Made by a program: the position numbers and the translations under genes. A stretch of 64,000 nucleotides of DNA from Trypanosoma brucei (Eukaryota), in the NCBI GenBank assembly GCA_000002445.1, contig CH464491.1:1088001-1152000 (forward strand), written 5' to 3'. The notes beneath the pieces are model-generated. The model searched no databases. It had not been told where the DNA came from and saw nothing but the letters and a program-made list of their open reading frames with translations. Below are positions 30,727 through 40,198 of this stretch, piece by piece; positions within the stretch are counted from its first letter, which is position 1, and each line of letters starts with the position of its first letter.

Positions 30727-31206
30727 TGTGGATGTTGTTTGCGTTAAAAATGTTCACTGTCAAGCTCCACCTTTGGCTGTGCTGTAGTTTTCCATCACTT
30801 TGTTCTTGTGTACATTCAGCAGGGGTGCGGCACCGTTGAATTCAAATTTGGCCCACAATGTTCAGTTGTTGAAGAAATGTGAAACACTTGTCAACCTTCC
30901 TAAGTTTCTTCCTACTGCCGCTTACGTTGTGTGCGCGCGCACAGGTGGGTACGTATATGTAATATATATACAAGGACGCGCGCGCTGTAGAGGATGTTAA
31001 GCAACAGCAGCGACAGGGCTCGAGTTGGGTTAGGGGTCATCCTAAGAAGATAAGATCTCTTCACTTATCCCTGTGGAAGAATGTGTCGTCCATTGGCGGA
31101 TTGCACAAAAAGAAAAAAGTCTACACTCCCTCCCCGTACGGCCTTCTTTCGATTGCTAGATTGTTTGCTGCTCCTTACCGAGGTCGAAGTTTTGGTTCCC
31201 TGTATC

Positions 31207-31248
31207 TCTTTTAGTCGTTTCCCTCCTTTTTTTTTTCATCATTTTACA
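31207..31248 (+). promoter_or_regulatory. Polypyrimidine tract plus AG, candidate trans-splice acceptor for TRM1
   Basis: The sequence reads tctcttttagtcgtttccctccttttttttttcatcattttacag. The first downstream ATG is 31315. Confidence 0.5.
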
Positions 31249-31314
31249 GTTCTCCAGCACGAACTTTCTCTCCCAGGGTTCTCACGTGGTTCAGTAGTGG
31301 CTCACCATCCTGCT

Positions 31315-33489
31315 ATGCGCTCCGGTTTGTTCGGAACCGAGGGACTCCGTAAGGAAACTCCACGTGGCTACACGGTGGTGGTGGAGGGTACCACCGCGGT
31401 TCTGTTTCCACCAGCCGCCGGGAGCAGTACTCAAATTGGTCGAGGGTTCAGTGACATTGACAAGGAGGAGGTTGGGAAGCAAAGGAAGGATGACTCTTGC
31501 GCCCCTAATTGCTCTCTAAACAGCAAGGAGGACAATACCTGCGGTGAAGAAGATGAGGAATGTGGCCAAGCTGTGTTTTACAACCCTGCACAGGTGGTGA
31601 ACCGTGACCTGAGTGTCTGTGTGATTGCTTGCTTCTCACAGCTGAGAAAGGAGGAACCGAAGAATAAGGGTGGTACGCGCCGTGGCATTACTATTCTTGA
31701 GGCATTAAGCGCAACAGGGCTTCGGGCCATTCGGTATTATAAAGAAATTCCAGATGTGAGGTTTATTATTGCCAATGATATCGACTGTGACGCGGTTGAA
31801 TGCATTCGACGAAACTGTGAGTTTAATGAGGTACCCTGTGTTGCACCGACTTTTCAGGAAAACTTCCCGTCCTCTTGTATTCGCGTGGATGAGACAACAG
31901 GAACAGTTGAAAGCGGGGGAGCAATTTTTGCTAATTTGGACGATGCGAATGATCTTATGTTTAGGCTCGCTACCAATCCAACTGTTAACCCTGGCCATCG
32001 CCTGTGCCTTGCTGCCACGCAAAACGGATCGTGTAAAGATGGCGTTGATACAGAGTCTGGTGAGGCGAGGGGTATCAGGCCCCTAATACAGCAAGAACTT
32101 GTGGACGTCGTTGATCTTGACCCGTATGGTTCCGCTTCCCCCTTCCTTGAAGGTGCTGTGCGGTGCATTAGGGAAGGGGGACTATTGCTCGTGACGAGTA
32201 CTGACAGCGCTATCTTGTGTGGGAATTACCCAGACACATGTCACGCAAAATACAACACTGTACCTACGAAAAATGCTGCGTGCCACGAGATGGCAGTGCG
32301 CATCCTTCTCGCTGCCGTGGAGCGTGTGGCTAATAAACACCGCAAATACATTGTTCCGTTGCTTTCTCTGCATATCGATTTCTATGTTCGTTGCTTTGTT
32401 CGTGTGTACACGCAGCCGGCAGAGGTGAAGCTCAGCCCATGTAAACTGGGTTATCTCATTCAGTGCAACCACTGCCCCGCGTTTTGGGTTAGACAAATAG
32501 CCGTCTCACGTATGCGGGTGAAGAAGCGGTCTCGAAAACTAGGCAATGCGGGAGAAGACGTGACTGCCGGAAGTCAAGGCAATGTGGCGAAAAGTGAGGA
32601 ACATCGCCTCTCAGATTCAGGAAATGCGAGAGGCACCAACGAGGGTGGGGAGGCGCACAAGGCTGATGAATGGGGGTGGGAACGATTCCCTGCAGCTCCA
32701 TCCCGCCGTGAGAATCCCAAGATAGTTTCCCCTAGTCTCCAACAAATTTTTCCATCTTCACTGCGCGGTCACTGTTGTTGTGTTTGCGGAGCATCTGTGT
32801 CGCTGTCTGGCCCCATCTACGCGGCCCCGACGCAGAGTGCGCCATTTCTCGGGCAGCTATTGGTAGAGATTGAGCGGCGCGCTTCTGCTAACCATATTAC
32901 CGCTGTGGCGCGTATATCGGGCCTTGTTCGTGTTGCAATGGAAGAACTAGCCGATACCCCGCTCTTTTACCAGTTGCCAGACGTCGCCTCTTTTGTACGT
33001 GTCCGTTGTCCCCCCGCCCCGCTATTTATTGGAGCCCTAGGACGCAAGGGATACCGCTGCAGTCAAGTGCATTGTGCACCGTCAGGTATCAAGACTGATT
33101 GCCCCCCGGAAATTGTGGTCGGTGTGATGATGCAATGGAAGAAGTACGAAGAGGAAAATAATGAGAGAGTTGTTGAAGGAGGAAAAGAAGAGGATGCGGT
33201 GCTTGATATCCACTCTGATCGTGTGACCTCTCCTCCCGCCATGATTGAAGGCGGGGGTTGTGGAAGCGGTGACGGAAAGAGTAATGAGAGGGGAACCAGG
33301 AAGAAAGGGAGGGTAGATCAACGCGTGCCGCTAGTGAAACCTTTATCGGATGTTGACTTCTCCTACGACAAGCAATTTGATTTCCGTGGTGCTGTCACAG
33401 GCGTGGCGAAGTTTATTCCCAACGCCCCCAACTGGGGACCGAAGCGAAAACACCAAGGGGCCATGCATTCCGCTGTCGATGCTCCATGA
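31315..33489 (+). CDS. TRM1: tRNA (guanine26-N2,N2)-dimethyltransferase TRM1 with long C-terminal extension
   Basis: The TRM1 core motifs are present: TVVVEGTTAVLFP, AVFYNPAQVVNRDLSV, VVDLDPYGSASPFLEGAVRCIREGGLLLVTSTD, and a Cys-rich segment. The track ORF starts at the ATG at 31081, but a polypyrimidine tract plus AG at about 31221-31248 lies inside that extension. The first ATG after the acceptor is 31315 (MRSGLFGTEG...), which I take as the start. Confidence 0.8.
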   Translation: MRSGLFGTEGLRKETPRGYTVVVEGTTAVLFPPAAGSSTQIGRGFSDIDKEEVGKQRKDDSCAPNCSLNSKEDNTCGEEDEECGQAVFYNPAQVVNRDLSVCVIACFSQLRKEEPKNKGGTRRGITILEALSATGLRAIRYYKEIPDVRFIIANDIDCDAVECIRRNCEFNEVPCVAPTFQENFPSSCIRVDETTGTVESGGAIFANLDDANDLMFRLATNPTVNPGHRLCLAATQNGSCKDGVDTESGEARGIRPLIQQELVDVVDLDPYGSASPFLEGAVRCIREGGLLLVTSTDSAILCGNYPDTCHAKYNTVPTKNAACHEMAVRILLAAVERVANKHRKYIVPLLSLHIDFYVRCFVRVYTQPAEVKLSPCKLGYLIQCNHCPAFWVRQIAVSRMRVKKRSRKLGNAGEDVTAGSQGNVAKSEEHRLSDSGNARGTNEGGEAHKADEWGWERFPAAPSRRENPKIVSPSLQQIFPSSLRGHCCCVCGASVSLSGPIYAAPTQSAPFLGQLLVEIERRASANHITAVARISGLVRVAMEELADTPLFYQLPDVASFVRVRCPPAPLFIGALGRKGYRCSQVHCAPSGIKTDCPPEIVVGVMMQWKKYEEENNERVVEGGKEEDAVLDIHSDRVTSPPAMIEGGGCGSGDGKSNERGTRKKGRVDQRVPLVKPLSDVDFSYDKQFDFRGAVTGVAKFIPNAPNWGPKRKHQGAMHSAVDAP

Positions 33490-33581
33490 GAAACACATAA
33501 AAAGGGTAGTGCTTCCTGCTACCACGTCCCCACGACCTCCCTGCGGTTAATCACTTAACGGGTTTTAATAACCATCAATTA

Positions 33582-34655
33582 ATGTGGGGGTTCTGTAAAA
33601 TTGACAAGCAACAAAGAGAAGCACATTATGCAAATAATTATCGTCGGCCACGTGAACTCGATTTCTCTGTTGTTTGTGGCTGTTGGTGCCCCGAAAAATT
33701 ACTCACATGCACTTTCTCTTCGATTTACTTCAATGTGAAGGACACCAGACCGCTCCTCGTTGTATATATAAACAAAGGAAAGGTGGGAGTGCCGTTCCTG
33801 GTGGCACAACACTTGTCCTCTCAGCAAATGTTTTGCCGTTCCGTGAAGTGGTTTAGTGTATTTGACGCTTGTTATGTTCTTAACCTTGACCGCCGCCAGG
33901 ACCGCTGGGCACACGTACAGCAGCAGCTGTCCCGGGCGAAGTTAGAGACGTTTCTTCGACCACCGGCGAAGGTTACCCGTGTGAGTGGTGTTGATGGGCA
34001 GGCGCTAGATGTGGAAGCGCTTCATCGAAACGGCCTTGTAACAGACGTTGGATACCAACGGTTCCTGTTGCCGCTTGAGGAAAAGTTGTTTGGTATGGAT
34101 TTAACTCCCGGTGCTATCGGTTGTGCGTTGGGCCACAGAAAGATATGGGAAACTGTTGTTGAGAAGCGTCATCAGTGTGCATTGATTCTGGAAGACGATG
34201 TTGAGTTCCACCACAAGTTTCCCCGACTTTTGAGAGAAGTTTGGCCGCGTGTTCCGAGCGATTGGGGAATCGTGCATCTTGGTGGACTCGACCTGCTCGC
34301 TAGTGGGAAACCGCCAAGACCCTTTGTTGATGTGGGCGTTCGGCATGCATACAGCGGACATCGTGAGCTGACAGCTTACGTTCTTCACCACGTCGCTGCA
34401 AAGAGGTGCCTTGAGCACACACTGCCGATGACGTGGCAAGTGGACACCCATATTTGTAGCGTCGTGACGGAAGATCCGGCGGCACAAGACAGTTACATTT
34501 CTGATCCCATGACGTATGTCTTTCAGCCATCATTGGCTATTCAGATCACATCGTTCGGAACTGATGTGCAGAAGAGGCCGTCAGACAACCCCCCACTCGA
34601 AGATGCAGCGCGGCGTATGCGAGAGTTTGTAGGAGGGGGGACGTCCGTTCGCTGA
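33582..34655 (+). CDS. Glycosyltransferase family 25 (LPS beta-1,4-galactosyltransferase / collagen GalT-like) protein
   Basis: ATG at 33582 verified (alternative ATG at 33828). The GT25 signature is present: YVLNLDRRQDRWAHVQQQL ... ALGHRKIWETVVEKRHQCALILEDDVEFHHKF (a DxD-type EDD motif) ... IVHLGG. Confidence 0.7.
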   Translation: MWGFCKIDKQQREAHYANNYRRPRELDFSVVCGCWCPEKLLTCTFSSIYFNVKDTRPLLVVYINKGKVGVPFLVAQHLSSQQMFCRSVKWFSVFDACYVLNLDRRQDRWAHVQQQLSRAKLETFLRPPAKVTRVSGVDGQALDVEALHRNGLVTDVGYQRFLLPLEEKLFGMDLTPGAIGCALGHRKIWETVVEKRHQCALILEDDVEFHHKFPRLLREVWPRVPSDWGIVHLGGLDLLASGKPPRPFVDVGVRHAYSGHRELTAYVLHHVAAKRCLEHTLPMTWQVDTHICSVVTEDPAAQDSYISDPMTYVFQPSLAIQITSFGTDVQKRPSDNPPLEDAARRMREFVGGGTSVR

Positions 34656-35095
34656 GGGTCCAGCGTGATACGTAATTACACGTGTAGGTGCTGAAAACCC
34701 CGCGTGTCCGCGTTCCTTCATGTTTGAATCAAGAAGGATGGGAACTCATTACGGCAATTGACGTAACGCATTGTGGTAGTGGTACACCTCCATTGTTCTA
34801 GCAACACTCTCGATTGGCGTTCGTTATTACTCTTGGTGTTTTCTCCCGAAACGTTTTATCTCTTCTGTTTCGATTGGGTCTTTACCCTACCCCCTAATGT
34901 TGTCGTGTCCTTTAGTCATGATTCCCGAGGCCGAAAGTTGCTTTTTCACTCAATTTTCTTTCTCTATTTTATTTTCTAACTGATTTTCCTTCTTCCCGTG
35001 ACCGTAAAGGGCAGGTGCGCGACCTCTTCGAGATAGCAACAAACGCACCGCTTACAAGAATCAACTCATATATATATATATAAGTAAATTTCTTT

Positions 35096-35100
<5 letters not shown>

Positions 35101-35128
<28 letters not shown>
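35101..35128. repeat. (TA)n microsatellite (a second short one lies at 35068-35082)
   Basis: Perfect alternating ta run in the spacer upstream of the coiled-coil gene. Confidence 0.9.
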
Positions 35129-35220
35129 CGTATCTGTGTCTCTGTGTGTATCTTTGTATCTATCCTTAGAATAGTTCATCGGTGGGGAGGTGGTGCCGCA
35201 AGGTCCGTACACACTCAACG

Positions 35221-38200
35221 ATGCCTAGTTCCAAGTCGGACAGTGGGGATCCAACGCCGGTGCAGCACCTAGCTAATGAATCGATGCAGTCCTCAGCAAC
35301 GTTAAGTGCCAGTGCCTGGGCTTCGGCGGTGAAACGTTTTGAAGGCCCAAAATCGAGTGGAAATAGTGCACCCACCGACGGCGGGAAACCCCGACACAAG
35401 GAATCTATGTTTGCTGTTAAACAGGCGACAGCACCTGAGACGATGGACCCAATAATGAGACGGCTCGAGCTCCGCTACGAACCGTTGCCGGCGGAGAGGC
35501 AGTATTCAGTTCAGTCGTCTTCACGAAAGCAACGCGGGGAACAACGATCCGATGTTGTTGACGTTTCGATGCAAGCAGTGCAGGATGAAACTGTAGCGCT
35601 GCTAACCAGGCACCTTCCCTGCATCCCGTCTACATTACCGGATGTGACAGAATGGAAAGAGGCAACCAAGTCGCAAAATGAACCTGTACTTGACGACCGC
35701 ATCACCGCACAGACGATCCACAGGTTGCTGTGCAAAGGTCATTTTCGCGACCGCAAACGACAGCTACTGAAATGCCGTTCCAAGCAAGCGATAGAGGAGT
35801 TCGACGAACTGTTACCTAGCAACGCAGTTAATGCGCTTTCCAAGCAAGTGAGTCGCTTAGAGCCGCCTTTTGTGGAAAAGATGATGGAAGCTAAGATGTA
35901 CTGTAAGCAGCAGAAAAACGATGAATCAACACCGCGGGAGGTGCACCCCGCTTCGTGCGAGGGTACCCCATTTTCGCGGGCCCCGCCGGGTTATTACCAC
36001 TCCCATCTTTCGGCACCACCACCCTCTCGATGTAGTTTTACGGCAAGCCCGAAGGGGGACTTGTCACCACTGCAAAAGCAGGCATTACCCGGGATACTCA
36101 CTGCATCGGAGGATAATTTTTCCGCGAAAATTCCTGCATCTGTGACACTAACGCTCTCCACCGCCGCAGGTGATGATCAGAGTATCGTTGACCAGGTGGT
36201 TGCTTACGCTGCGTCCAAACGTCGTCCCAGTGTTGCAGTGGTTGGTGGTGACCTTATTGAAACTAACACCCAAGGAGACCCGTATGGACACGGTTGTGAC
36301 CTTAAACTGCACCCGTCCCACAAACCCGTGTTCTCTGCACTAGATGCCGTGCTTTCCGTGAGCAAAGAATATGAGAAGGTTCAGCAGCAGTGGCCGGGGA
36401 GAAGCGCTTCCCGAATAAGTGCGGCGCGCCGCGGCATAACGGAGCGCATCACATCACTTCATTCGTCTCGCATTCCACCAGAGTTTTGGGTTTCTATTCA
36501 CCAACCAACACTTCCGGGTACTAGGCTTCTTCAGCACCCACACTTGGCAAAACGGGAACCAAGCAGCAGCGTGCCAGAGAAGACGCTGATGTTTCCTGCA
36601 GCCAATGCAACGGGCAGAGCGCAGGTTTATCTGCTTGCTGATACCCTGGACCGTATGCTTGAGGAAGGGTCGGGGGATCTTGAGGTGCTTGCAGACAAGG
36701 AACTTGCGCTCCTGCTGATCCCAGAAGAGCTAGACGACGGCAAACCTGCCGGCTTAGGGGCTGTTGGCTCCTCAGAGAAGTTCACCAATGTATGTCCACT
36801 TAAGTCTTCTGACGATGCACATGCGCAGTACATTCAGTCTGCGGAAAGGGTTATGAAAACAATCGATATAGGGCTCGCCGAATTATCTCGGCAAGTGGGA
36901 AGCTTCTGCATAGAGCGCGGTGCGCTTCTTGATTCCCTCCGAATTGTTATTAACGACCTTTCATCGAGCTGCTTCGCATTAGTGAGCTACTGTAAGGATC
37001 GCGCACGTCAAGAGCTTATGATGCGGCGTGAACTTGCTTCTGCCTCAAGCAAGGATGTGGAAATGGTCTTTGAGCTTCGGGAGCAGTTGAAAAAAGCTCA
37101 AAGTGAGGTACAAGCGTTGCGAGAAGTAAACAATGAATATGTAAAGAAGGCCCAAAAATATGATACATTGATTGAGCGGTTGATGCTAAAGGATAGCATG
37201 TTTTACAAGCACTCGGCGGACCTACATTTAAGCATGCTTATGGAACTAGAGGAAAGCTACACTGAGTCGACAAATAAAGGAATGGACGCGCTGTACCACC
37301 ACACTTCGACAAATGCAGCAGAACCCAAAGTAGCTGAGGCACCCATAATTCGCTTAGCGACTATGAAGCAGAAGGAACATCAGGAAGCGGAGAAAAAAGT
37401 ATATGAAGAGTCGTATCGTCTAATCAGCGTCTTGTCTAAAACCATGGATACCGTTGAGAAGGTCTGCCAACCGTTATACGACCACGTTGATTTGCCGAAA
37501 CACAGGTCCACTGTCAATGTTGCCTCGTCAAAGTGGGCGATGATAGCTTCCGCCGTTGGTTCTTACGAGGTAGAAAAGAAACATCGCCGGCGTGTTTTTG
37601 ATGTATTCGCCGAGTGGAATTCCTTACAGGAGCCCGTTCCTGCTTCAGCATTGCCTGACGATAAATTGAAAGATGATGAAGTGGAGAACAAAAGTCACGC
37701 CGTCGAATCCCATGCTTATTCATATTCCACCACCCCCAGAGGTTTGGAAAATACTCATAACGCTGACGCGCAAGAGGGGACCTTCACTACCGATGTGGTT
37801 ACGGCGTCGCAATGCACAGAAGTCGGACAACCTTCTTCAGCAGCGACCCGGCGGATGCGGCCCATCACTAAGGAGGATCTGGTTGCTATGGATGTGAAGG
37901 ACTGCACTGCTGAGGAAATAAATGCGCTTTACGCTGAAGATTTTGACATGGCCGCGTACCTGCACCCCGAATGGAACCCCCCAACCGACGTTGAACTGAC
38001 TCCGATGGTTCTGCGGGATATGATTCATGATGTTACGGAATCGCTTATGCATATTGCGCTTCGCATGCAAGCCCTTTCCACGAGCAGCTTCATCGAGCAG
38101 TGTTTGAAACCGCCGGCGATGCCACCCGCACACCCCGAAGAGCCATGTTCGCTGTGTGGGAGGAAGGACCGAAGTGCTATCGGCAAAAAGAACAGGGGCG

Positions 38201-38547
38201 AGGCATTACAGAAGGTGGCGAATGAGGTCCAGCGACGTTATGAAATGCTCGGGCAGAAGTGTCAACGAGCTGAGGCCGAGCGGGAGAGGCTTCGCAAAGA
38301 GCTTCAGATGCAGCAGGCACATGAGTGTAGATTAGCACGGGAGTTTGGTATGCGGGAGGAAGAACTAAAGAAGGCAAATGCAGAGCTTGCTGAGGAGAAT
38401 AATCGCAGGGGCCGGCGCAGGCGGTCGCAGATAAACACTCACGAGAGGCCACGAAGTTCTTTCATGCGTTCGTCGGTGTTGTCCGAGATGCTTAATTTAT
38501 CTGGCAGCATAGACGATGCCCCAGTGCCTGGGGAGGAAGAAAAGTAA
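35221..38547 (+). CDS. Hypothetical large coiled-coil protein (1108 aa)
   Basis: The track start at 35182 is GTG, and the ATG is at 35221. The ORF is long, uninterrupted and codon-biased. There are extended heptad-like segments (ELMMRRELASASSKDVEMVFELREQLKKAQSEVQALREVNNEY; the C-terminal QRAEAERERLRKELQMQQ...ELKKANAELAEENNRRGRRRR). Confidence 0.5.
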   Translation: MPSSKSDSGDPTPVQHLANESMQSSATLSASAWASAVKRFEGPKSSGNSAPTDGGKPRHKESMFAVKQATAPETMDPIMRRLELRYEPLPAERQYSVQSSSRKQRGEQRSDVVDVSMQAVQDETVALLTRHLPCIPSTLPDVTEWKEATKSQNEPVLDDRITAQTIHRLLCKGHFRDRKRQLLKCRSKQAIEEFDELLPSNAVNALSKQVSRLEPPFVEKMMEAKMYCKQQKNDESTPREVHPASCEGTPFSRAPPGYYHSHLSAPPPSRCSFTASPKGDLSPLQKQALPGILTASEDNFSAKIPASVTLTLSTAAGDDQSIVDQVVAYAASKRRPSVAVVGGDLIETNTQGDPYGHGCDLKLHPSHKPVFSALDAVLSVSKEYEKVQQQWPGRSASRISAARRGITERITSLHSSRIPPEFWVSIHQPTLPGTRLLQHPHLAKREPSSSVPEKTLMFPAANATGRAQVYLLADTLDRMLEEGSGDLEVLADKELALLLIPEELDDGKPAGLGAVGSSEKFTNVCPLKSSDDAHAQYIQSAERVMKTIDIGLAELSRQVGSFCIERGALLDSLRIVINDLSSSCFALVSYCKDRARQELMMRRELASASSKDVEMVFELREQLKKAQSEVQALREVNNEYVKKAQKYDTLIERLMLKDSMFYKHSADLHLSMLMELEESYTESTNKGMDALYHHTSTNAAEPKVAEAPIIRLATMKQKEHQEAEKKVYEESYRLISVLSKTMDTVEKVCQPLYDHVDLPKHRSTVNVASSKWAMIASAVGSYEVEKKHRRRVFDVFAEWNSLQEPVPASALPDDKLKDDEVENKSHAVESHAYSYSTTPRGLENTHNADAQEGTFTTDVVTASQCTEVGQPSSAATRRMRPITKEDLVAMDVKDCTAEEINALYAEDFDMAAYLHPEWNPPTDVELTPMVLRDMIHDVTESLMHIALRMQALSTSSFIEQCLKPPAMPPAHPEEPCSLCGRKDRSAIGKKNRGEALQKVANEVQRRYEMLGQKCQRAEAERERLRKELQMQQAHECRLAREFGMREEELKKANAELAEENNRRGRRRRSQINTHERPRSSFMRSSVLSEMLNLSGSIDDAPVPGEEEK

Positions 38548-38621
38548 CCGCAGGTGAGTGAAATCGTGCAGGGAGGTGCCTCTGTGTGTTACAAACTGTA
38601 GGTATACGGATAAATAAGTGA

Positions 38622-38647
38622 ATATATATATATATATATATATATAT
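38622..38647. repeat. (TA)n microsatellite
   Basis: Perfect alternating ta run immediately 3' of the 35221-38547 gene. Confidence 0.9.
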
Positions 38648-40140
38648 TGTGCGCGTGTTTTGGGAACGGGGGTGGGAGAGGGGGTGATGTACAGAAAGAA
38701 GGCAAGATTGTGCCATGCGTCATGAGCGAATCGAGGCTCCGCAACGAAACAGGGGGAAAAAAGGATTCCAGTGAAGTGGGGTAGGGAGAAATGTGGAGGA
38801 AGCGAAGGGCATGTGGAAACTGGAGGGGAAACTGAACGTAGAGACGTTGGGGTTTACTAATGGCGGAGGTTGGGAAGTAAAAAGAAATGCTCCAGGTCCA
38901 ACGTATTTCCGAGCCCTCTTTTTAGTTGTTTCATTCCTTCCTTTTTTGATACATATGCGTAATGCCTGTATGTTTGTGTTTGCGTATTGTTTAATTATTT
39001 TCTCACGTTGTGTATATGTACATACGTCCGATAGTGTGTAGCATGCGAGTGGATGAATGCTCGTAGTTGTGTTTCTTGTATGTGGTTATCAAAAAGTGCT
39101 GGGTGGTGTGGTCTGGAGCACATGAAACGCACTTGCTCACGATCGAGTGTGCTGGTCCCTTTTACTTGCTGTTTTTTTTCTTTTCTTCATAGCAATCGCA
39201 CAATGTCCGTTTCCGCAATAATTTCTTCGTTCTGCTGTGTGTGTGTTAGTGAACTTCAATTTGGATTGCAATAGGGTACTGATGTTAGTGCTTCTTCGTG
39301 TATTTGTGTTGGGACAAACGTGCCTTGTTGCATTTTGTTTTTTCTTTAGATTTTCTTCTAATATTTAGGTGGTGATGATATGATCGTCGTTTTTGCTTGT
39401 TTAAGGCGGAGTTCCGATTGTGGTGCTGGGCCACAAACATGTGTCACTGCGCTTTTTTGCATTTCTTAAGTCCGTATTCGTTTCTTCATCATCACTCCTC
39501 CTGTCTTTGTCAATGTTGGCGAACTCATCAGTTCCTTCATCCCTTTGTGGTTATTACTGTTTGTTTTTCCTTTTTTTTTGCCTGAATTCAACGTCTTCCG
39601 CTGGCTTACACACCGGTGACTTGTAGCAATTCCGTGACTATATCTTCCTCCCTGCAATTTTAGCTCCTCGGCGTGGGAGGAGAAAGTGAAAAAGAGCGAA
39701 GAAAAAAACAACACATTTGTGTGTGCGTTCGGGTTGTTGTTGTTGTGTTTTGCAGTGTGGTAAAATCCCTCCCTCTTCTTTTATGTCCTTTTTCTTTTTA
39801 ATTTCACCTCACTCCACTTTCCCCCTTGCGTGTGTTTTGTGGATGACACAACGAGGTAAGGGAGCAAGTATTAGTGATAATTAAGAGACTGGTGGAGGGT
39901 CATTTACCCTCGGAGATACGACCAGACACGCACACAGCGAGAGGGAAGGGGGTTTTGTTTTCCGCCCTCGCGGGAGGTCTGAAGAAGAAAAGGAACTTAC
40001 GGGAACCAGCGTGGCGAAGTGGACTCACAGTGTGCTATTAAGGAGTGTATTTAGGACCGTGTTAGCGGCGGAGAAAAAGAAAGGGAGGAAAGGGAAGGAA
40101 GGAAGATTAGAAATCAGCGAGGAGCACACTTTAAAAGGTT

Positions 40141-40181
40141 TTGTTGTTTTGCTTGTGTGTCCCCCATCCTTTCTTTTTTAG
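40141..40181 (+). promoter_or_regulatory. Polypyrimidine tract plus AG, candidate trans-splice acceptor for the LRR gene
   Basis: The sequence ttgttgttttgcttgtgtgtcccccatcctttcttttttag lies 18 nt before ATG 40199. Confidence 0.5.
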
Positions 40182-40198
40182 AACGCTGTGTTTTTGAA

